Virus record (IMG/VR): IMGVR_UViG_2919005990_000001
Location: 1 to 64,000 of that record
Source of the DNA: a virus
Strand: one strand, 5' to 3'
Length of the DNA stretch: 64,000 bases
Shown: positions 58,718-64,000 of the stretch, piece by piece
Layout of the letters: the number at the start of each line of letters is the position of its first letter
Numbering within the stretch: position 1 is the stretch's first letter
Notes under the pieces: generated by a model
The model's input: the letters and a program-made list of their open reading frames with translations, nothing else
Databases searched by the model: none
Told to the model about the DNA's origin: nothing
Translations under genes and position numbers: made by a program

Positions 58718-59130
58718 TGTGTTACACCCGATTTATAAAATTTCATTTGAGCGGTTAGGCCGCTAAGAATAAAAATACGGCATAAACATTCACGCTCTAA
58801 TCCGATATTCCTAGCTTTGCAATCCAACCTGATTTCCCAGTAGTACGTGACCTCTTCACCTTCGATCATCTTCATAAACTCAAAAAAGATGCCCAGGGTC
58901 TTTGATTCTCCGTAGTGAAATAGACGCCAGGCATTAAACGCATTCTTAATATCCGACCCCTCATCAGCCAAACGGATATGTAGATAAACCACATAGGCCC
59001 GTTCAACTGTGCCGGATATAAAAACGCCGTCTAAGTGGCTTAGATCGCTATATGCTGCGTCATGTGCCTGGTACTTGGTGGCGATGCCAATAAACTCATT
59101 TAAAGTGCTTTCGCTTCGGTTTAATGGCAT
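58714..59130 (-). CDS. hypothetical protein (138 aa)
   Basis: ATG start. It overlaps the upstream ORF by 35 nt. Confidence 0.55.
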   Translation of the reverse strand: MPLNRSESTLNEFIGIATKYQAHDAAYSDLSHLDGVFISGTVERAYVVYLHIRLADEGSDIKNAFNAWRLFHYGESKTLGIFFEFMKMIEGEEVTYYWEIRLDCKARNIGLERECLCRIFILSGLTAQMKFYKSGVTQ

Positions 59131-59431
59131 CTTTTAATCCAAAGGTTTTATGTGTGATAGATAAGCCTTGATGCGTTCCATCAATGAATACCTCGCCTTG
59201 ACTTACACGCGCTCTTATCTGGTTATAGGTCATAAATCTGCCTTGCTTTAATACGCCATACTCAAAGTTTCGGCGCTCGCAATTACTGCAAACGCCGCGG
59301 ATTTGAAAGGCCATTTTCGCAATTAGGCAGTGTTTACATAAAACATAACCACTAAACACTAAATTACTGTCTTTCATACAACTAACCAACTTTATAACAT
59401 ATCTTAACATTCTATTTATGCTAAATCGCAT
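59096..59431 (-). CDS. small zinc-ribbon-like protein
   Basis: CKHC ... CSNC. The start is uncertain: ATG 59431 lacks an SD, and the internal MKDSNL start is an alternative. Confidence 0.45.
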   Translation of the reverse strand: MRFSINRMLRYVIKLVSCMKDSNLVFSGYVLCKHCLIAKMAFQIRGVCSNCERRNFEYGVLKQGRFMTYNQIRARVSQGEVFIDGTHQGLSITHKTFGLKDAIKPKRKHFK

Positions 59432-59446
59432 AAAAGCAATTGGTTT

Positions 59447-61558
59447 TTATACATTATGTTGGGTATATCCAATTCCTCCGCTAATTACGTGCGCTAAAGA
59501 ACGATCACCGACTGTTTGACTGATTCCAGAATCAGACGGCGCGGCACTTGCTCGGGTAGGATATTTAGAGCCAATCTTGGTGATCTCAGGCGTAATAGCA
59601 GGTACTTTGACTGGGGCAGGGCGGGCAATGGTTTGAGGAATAGCAGCCTTTTTCTGTGATGCTCCCTTTGCAGCCGGAACTGACTTAGGCGCGTCCTTTT
59701 TAGCGGGAACCGGTGCTACCTGATCCGGGTTCGGATTATTGCGGATCTGCTCACTGATTGCGGCAATCTCATTTAAGCCACCGTGGCGGGCTTTATTCAG
59801 GCCATCACCATCATAATTTCCCCGGCCATTCGCATTTTTCATAGAGGCCCATTGCTGCGCCGTCTTATTGGTTAATGCTTTATGGTTCCCAGTTTCAATC
59901 CATTTATCGACCTGCTTCTGGCCGCCGGCATATTCAATAGCAAGCCTGTCCTGTGTTTTGGCATCGAAAACATCAGTATCCTTGATCCCGGCCTTATTCA
60001 GCATTTCACCAAAGGCGCCCTTGTTATGAATAAACTGATAGCGGCCCACGGCGGTTGATTTCGCGCCAGACTTCAATAGCTGCTGCTGATATGCCTTTAC
60101 TTCGCCTACGGTCATTTTGGAAATGTCTTTACCTGGTTTGACTGTGGCACCACTGTAAACTGCATCATATCCAGACGTACCAAAGGCCCCGCTACGGGCT
60201 TCACCTGCTGCAATAGCATCTAGTAACGGCGCATAGCGGCCTGTAGCTTTTGCCCCATCACCTAAGCCCATTTTTTCCGATGCCCAATTTTTAGCACCCT
60301 GCCAGGCACTGACAGCGGCACCGCCGGCATTGGCAAATGGAATAAAGGCTTTCTTGCCGACCTCCAAAGAACTACTCATAAGCTCTTTAAACAGGCCACC
60401 AAAATCAATCTTTTTCAGGCTATCCGTCCAGGTTCCGACTTTCTCCCCAAAAATACCGCCTAAATAAGCCCCCAGGCCACCACCGGCCAAAGTTCCGACC
60501 GGGCCAAAGAATGAACCCAACAAGCCGCCGACCGTGGTGCCGATAATTTGGCCGATGCCTTCACCCTTACCGCCAGAACTGAGGCTACTCCATTCCTTCG
60601 CTAGAAATCCGCCACCAATCAAAGCCCCTAAGAAGGGGATCTTTTTCAGTAGTCCTTTGCCTAGTTTGCCCGCATTGCCAGGATTAGTAGGATTGCCAGG
60701 CTTCTTGCCGCCGTCCTTGCCTTTTCCACCTGGCAGAACAACACCATCGCCACCGCCAAGCAAGCCACCTAACAGGCCACCTTTGCCCAATAGGCCGCCG
60801 CCGTCCTTAGCCCGGATGGCACTCAGGATCGATTGCAGTAACTTGTTTTGTTTCTTATCCGCTTTGGCTGTGTCCTTATTGGCCTTAATCTGCTCTTCAG
60901 GCAGGATTTCTTCACTTTGCTTGCGCTTCAGACGTCCACGGAATAAACCAATCGCCCGGGCACTCATACCCTTAAATACATTCTTGACCGGGGCAACGGC
61001 GTCATTTAACTCCCGAACCGCATCTACTGTTGGATCAATCCCACCAATATCAGCACCGCCGGAACTAATCCCGTTTAGGCTCAGAATGCGCTTGATTTGC
61101 CCTAGAATGCCTTTCTTTTCCGACTCAGCACCATCACCACCCGTAAAGCGTCCATTTGCGTCACGTTCGCGCTGTGCGGCTGCACGGCTACCCGTTCCCG
61201 GCACACTGGACTGACCTTGTATGCCGGTTTCAGCATCTACGGCTTTTTTCTTGATCCGCTTGGCCGATTGAATAGCATCCTGGGCCACGTCTACCGCCTC
61301 GGCCACTGTGCGTAGGGCACGTGTGGTCATTGGGGTGGCCGATGGATCTACCGATTGAATAGTGCGACTCTGGCGCTTAACCATATCCCGGATACTTGAA
61401 CCGGTGTCAGTATTGGCCTGGTGCAATTCCTTTAGGTGCTCAGTCAGTACGTCCAGGATCTGCTTGGTATTGTCCTCGGTCTGATTAATACCTTTTTTGA
61501 TTTCTTCCAGGCGCCGCTCCCCAATCAGGAACCCCCTAGAATCGTATTGAATAGCCAT
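59447..61558 (-). CDS. tape-measure-like / ejection protein with Gly-zipper hydrophobic segments and a C-terminal lambda-R-type (GH104) lytic transglycosylase domain
   Basis: PLLDAIAAGEA, GYDAVYSG and AVGRYQFIHNKGAFGEMLNKAGIKDTDVFDAKTQDRLAIEY parallel lambda R (LDMLAWSEGT, GYDVIVGG, GAGRYQLLSRWWDAYRKQLGLKDFSPKSQDAVALQQI). An RDANGRFTGG motif and GGLLGKGGLLGGLLGGG segments are also present. Confidence 0.65.
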   Translation of the reverse strand: MAIQYDSRGFLIGERRLEEIKKGINQTEDNTKQILDVLTEHLKELHQANTDTGSSIRDMVKRQSRTIQSVDPSATPMTTRALRTVAEAVDVAQDAIQSAKRIKKKAVDAETGIQGQSSVPGTGSRAAAQRERDANGRFTGGDGAESEKKGILGQIKRILSLNGISSGGADIGGIDPTVDAVRELNDAVAPVKNVFKGMSARAIGLFRGRLKRKQSEEILPEEQIKANKDTAKADKKQNKLLQSILSAIRAKDGGGLLGKGGLLGGLLGGGDGVVLPGGKGKDGGKKPGNPTNPGNAGKLGKGLLKKIPFLGALIGGGFLAKEWSSLSSGGKGEGIGQIIGTTVGGLLGSFFGPVGTLAGGGLGAYLGGIFGEKVGTWTDSLKKIDFGGLFKELMSSSLEVGKKAFIPFANAGGAAVSAWQGAKNWASEKMGLGDGAKATGRYAPLLDAIAAGEARSGAFGTSGYDAVYSGATVKPGKDISKMTVGEVKAYQQQLLKSGAKSTAVGRYQFIHNKGAFGEMLNKAGIKDTDVFDAKTQDRLAIEYAGGQKQVDKWIETGNHKALTNKTAQQWASMKNANGRGNYDGDGLNKARHGGLNEIAAISEQIRNNPNPDQVAPVPAKKDAPKSVPAAKGASQKKAAIPQTIARPAPVKVPAITPEITKIGSKYPTRASAAPSDSGISQTVGDRSLAHVISGGIGYTQHNV

Positions 61559-61588
61559 AATTAGCCCATGTAATAGAATTTACATGCT

Positions 61589-61629
61589 CATTATCAGACG
61601 GCGCCGTATGGGCCCTTTGCGCATATTCC
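61589..61629 (-). promoter_or_regulatory. 41-bp upstream element (variant)
   Basis: GGAATATG-CGCAAAGGGCCCATACGGCGCCGTCT-GATAATG, 30 nt upstream of ATG 61558. Confidence 0.5.
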
Positions 61630-61632
61630 AGG

Positions 61633-61668
61633 CAAAAAAAAGCCTGGCTACCTCTCCCAAAGTAGCCA
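61633..61668 (-). terminator. intrinsic terminator
   Basis: The minus strand reads GGCTACTTTGGGAGAGGTAGCCAGGCTTTTTTTT. Confidence 0.6.
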
Positions 61669-61691
61669 AGCCAAACTCGCACAATTGAATC

Positions 61692-62828
61692 TTATTCCAT
61701 TTCCTCAAACTCAACGTCCGTAATTCCTGAATCTGCCTCGGCCATACGGCGTTCCATTTCGGCATCAGTGTCTTCTTGAAGGCCACCAGAATCGATATAA
61801 CGTCTACGGGCCGCAATACGTTCACGCTCTGCTGCCAGGCGCTCACGTTGGGCATCATAGGCAGTATTATCATTCAAATCATTCACGCGCTTAGCATCAT
61901 CAACGTCTTTCAAGTCTTCCATCTGTACGCCGTATAACGACAACTGGAACTTAATGTTTTCCCGCTTGTTGAAGGATAGGTCACTGTAAATTGCGGACAC
62001 TTCACGCAATGCATTCAATTGGTCCTTCAGCTCCTTAATCATGGGCTTGGTGAAATTGCGCCGTACTGCATCTGACAGCAATAAGGAATACACCATAATC
62101 AAATTATCAGACAGCCGATCCCCAAAATCGTTATTCAACTCCATGCGCTTGCGGGCCTTCACAATGACTTCGGCCTGTTTTTTACGCCGTACTTGTGAGC
62201 CCATAAGGAGATTTTTGATATTACTTTTTTCGTTCTCTACGATCTCGGCAATAAAGTCAAAATCATAGGCCCGTGTATCTAGTTCCCCGTGCTCATGGTC
62301 TTGTTCTTCCTCAGTATTTATAGAGGCAATGAAGTTTTTAAAGTCCTGCTCTGAAGTCAATTTATTGACACTGCGACTCATTTTTTTTAATACAGTGTCA
62401 CTTTTTTTTATGAGCAAATCGGCCCGCTGCCATCCTTCGTGTTCAGCCTTGATAGCAATGCTTTGCTGTGATGGAAAGTCGTTACACTGCAGCTCATTTT
62501 GGACTTGTTCCTTGAGGCGCTTATAACTCAGCTTCGGATTGGCCTCATAGATACTACGAATACATAGCCAAAGGTCATCACTATATTTGTTCGGTGCAAC
62601 TCTTAAAGTGTCTTCACTTTCAAATCTTTCCCATTTTTCCTTTGTTGCCCGGCGGTGCACAGTGCTCTTAGATGGGAATTTATCCAGGTTAAATTCAGCA
62701 CATAACAGGTCTTTAATCTTGTCATACGGCGGCTGTGATCTGGATTCATAACACGTGCGAATTTCTTTCCATAAATCAGTATCATGGCGTTTACTTATCC
62801 CCGTATTTAAATCCATTTCTTTGCTCAT
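61692..62828 (-). CDS. protein with two tandem 70-aa helical (HTH/Myb-like) repeats and an acidic coiled-coil C-terminus; DNA-binding candidate
   Basis: DLWKEIRTCYES..FPSKSTVHRRATKEKWER and DLWLCIRSIYEA..FPSQQSIAIKAEHEGWQR. Confidence 0.4.
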   Translation of the reverse strand: MSKEMDLNTGISKRHDTDLWKEIRTCYESRSQPPYDKIKDLLCAEFNLDKFPSKSTVHRRATKEKWERFESEDTLRVAPNKYSDDLWLCIRSIYEANPKLSYKRLKEQVQNELQCNDFPSQQSIAIKAEHEGWQRADLLIKKSDTVLKKMSRSVNKLTSEQDFKNFIASINTEEEQDHEHGELDTRAYDFDFIAEIVENEKSNIKNLLMGSQVRRKKQAEVIVKARKRMELNNDFGDRLSDNLIMVYSLLLSDAVRRNFTKPMIKELKDQLNALREVSAIYSDLSFNKRENIKFQLSLYGVQMEDLKDVDDAKRVNDLNDNTAYDAQRERLAAERERIAARRRYIDSGGLQEDTDAEMERRMAEADSGITDVEFEEME

Positions 62829-62831
62829 ACA

Positions 62832-63494
62832 TTAAACTTTTTCAGGCTTTCTAAATTCAATGTTATGTGTCAGTTTTAAACTCGACATTTCATCACCGCT
62901 GTTTTCACTTTCGAGCAAGCTCATCATGGATAATTCCATTTGACGCATCTGCTTAGCAAAAAACATTTCAAACATAGCAACATTTTTTTCGAGTTCTTTG
63001 GCCGCTTCCAACACATCGGCATATTCAGCTTTAAAAACCAGGTCATGCGAATGCTTTTTAATAACCTCTGTAAGCTGCTTAGAACTGTTTTTTAATAACT
63101 CTCCCTGGAACGGCGGCAAATGACTAATAGACTTACTGACGTTCATGCACAGCTGCTCTGTTGCTTCCAGTACCGAACCGCGGATCGATTGAAATACCAT
63201 GCCTGAATATTTTGCAGCCAGGTTATTACGCTCAAATTCATCACTAAAGCCCAGGATAAAGTCCGCGCTGCAGCCGTAGACTTCACACATTTTAAAAACG
63301 GTCTTTAATTCAATTTTCTTTTCACCACATTCGAGCTCACTAACTCGATTGGCGAACATTTTGTCATTTCGATACGCCCAAATGAGTTGCATCGCCTCTT
63401 TGCGATTTAATCCGGCAATCTCACGGGCCAATTTGGCATTATGCCCAACGACCTTATAAAGCTTACGATCAAACGTAATATTCTCTTCACTCAT
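62832..63494 (-). CDS. XRE/Cro-C1-type HTH regulator
   Basis: AKLAREIAGLNRKEAMQLIW...VSELECGEKKIELKTVFKMCEVYGCSADFILG. ATG 63492-63494 makes an ATGA overlap with the VRR-NUC gene. Confidence 0.6.
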   Translation of the reverse strand: MSEENITFDRKLYKVVGHNAKLAREIAGLNRKEAMQLIWAYRNDKMFANRVSELECGEKKIELKTVFKMCEVYGCSADFILGFSDEFERNNLAAKYSGMVFQSIRGSVLEATEQLCMNVSKSISHLPPFQGELLKNSSKQLTEVIKKHSHDLVFKAEYADVLEAAKELEKNVAMFEMFFAKQMRQMELSMMSLLESENSGDEMSSLKLTHNIEFRKPEKV

Positions 63495-63970
63495 GCTGAT
63501 ATACCCAAGTATTTGAAAATTTCTGTCAAAGCACTGTTTACACTGCGACAAATCACAACTTTATGCCCTTGCTCTCTTAACATCGGAATCACGATTTCCT
63601 GTGAATCGGTTAGATCCCCGGTTTCTGTTTTCATTTCAATGTACAAACTGTGATACGGCGCTTTCGCAATAAAACAGTGAATATCTGGAATGCCAGGCTT
63701 TAGCCCTTCAGCCTTCAAATTTTTCCCCGTCTTTTTGGTTCGATAGCCGCCGTTCGGTACTGCATAAAAGAAATCAACTAAAAAACGGCCCTGGTATGGA
63801 GTAGACGCCAGTACTTCAATTAATTTTTTTTGAATGTCAGTTTCTTGCAGCTTCTTTTCCGTAACCTTTTTGAACTGTGTGACATTCATCTGACCAGGCA
63901 ATTGCTTCTTTTTAGCCTTATCTATGTCGGATTGCGTCCATCTGGAACCACGTGAAAATCTATTAGACAT
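63491..63970 (-). CDS. VRR-NUC domain nuclease
   Basis: GIPDIHCFIAKAPYHSLYIEMKTETGDLTDSQEIVIPMLREQGHKVVICRS fits the VRR-NUC PD-ExK pattern. Confidence 0.65.
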   Translation of the reverse strand: MSNRFSRGSRWTQSDIDKAKKKQLPGQMNVTQFKKVTEKKLQETDIQKKLIEVLASTPYQGRFLVDFFYAVPNGGYRTKKTGKNLKAEGLKPGIPDIHCFIAKAPYHSLYIEMKTETGDLTDSQEIVIPMLREQGHKVVICRSVNSALTEIFKYLGISA

Positions 63971-64000
63971 ACAAAACCCGCATTATTATGCTTTTTCGCA

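Noticed and set aside
60534-61214. A 226-aa Pro/Ser/Leu-rich plus-strand ORF.
   Set aside because: It is antisense to the Gly-rich part of the tape-measure-like gene and is low complexity.
61580-61873. A 97-aa minus-strand ORF spanning the terminator and intergenic region.
   Set aside because: It runs through the terminator hairpin and the 41-bp element and overlaps the 3' end of the 378-aa gene in another frame.

Overview
The window is a gene-dense 64-kb stretch of a large tailed phage with a contractile tail, or the interior of a prophage. Every credible gene is on the minus strand. I saw no host genes, integrase, tRNA, rRNA or CRISPR.

Gene content, in order of transcription (high to low coordinates):
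- 63970-61692: VRR-NUC nuclease, XRE-type HTH protein and a double-HTH protein.
- 61558-59447: a tape-measure-like protein with a lambda-R-like lytic transglycosylase domain.
- 59431-46783: about 27 small, tightly coupled genes, mostly of unknown function. They include an MmcB-like PD-(D/E)xK nuclease, an ASCH-like protein, several zinc-ribbon proteins and a winged-HTH protein.
- 46717-46217: an embedded Rz/Rz1-type spanin pair.
- 46130-22827: head and tail genes in scrambled order. These are a candidate protease/scaffold, a large terminase carrying a mini-intein in its P-loop, a tail fibre, a 630-aa capsid protein, a sheath body, a gp25-like protein, a J-like protein, a tube protein, a hub, a spike and a portal-like protein.
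- 22088-9947: very large proteins that are probably packaged. They comprise a 1332-aa protein, a pyrophosphatase-ParB fusion, an orphan HicB-like gene and a 2130-aa DarB-like methyltransferase-helicase.
- 9339-8428: two moron-like units.
- 6681-5026: a holin-endolysin (GH19) cassette.
- 4915-1: five tandem cassettes that share a sheath-like N-terminal module fused to unrelated C-terminal domains.

Patterns that ordinary annotation does not explain:
1. A 41-bp upstream element (GGAATATC-N26-AAAATAG) occurs 17 times, plus one short variant.
2. Arrays of a 14-bp palindrome (TGTTCAWWTGAACA) with a strict 17-bp period occur at nine sites. Three of them are translated in frame.
3. A hydrophobic-hydrophobic-Asp-Ser peptide motif is strongly enriched, but only in head and packaged proteins.
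4. The tail sheath may be split or modular.

All functional calls come from motif recognition by eye. No searches were run. Several ORF-track starts are TTG or GTG, and I re-set those where an ATG with a Shine-Dalgarno (SD) sequence was evident.
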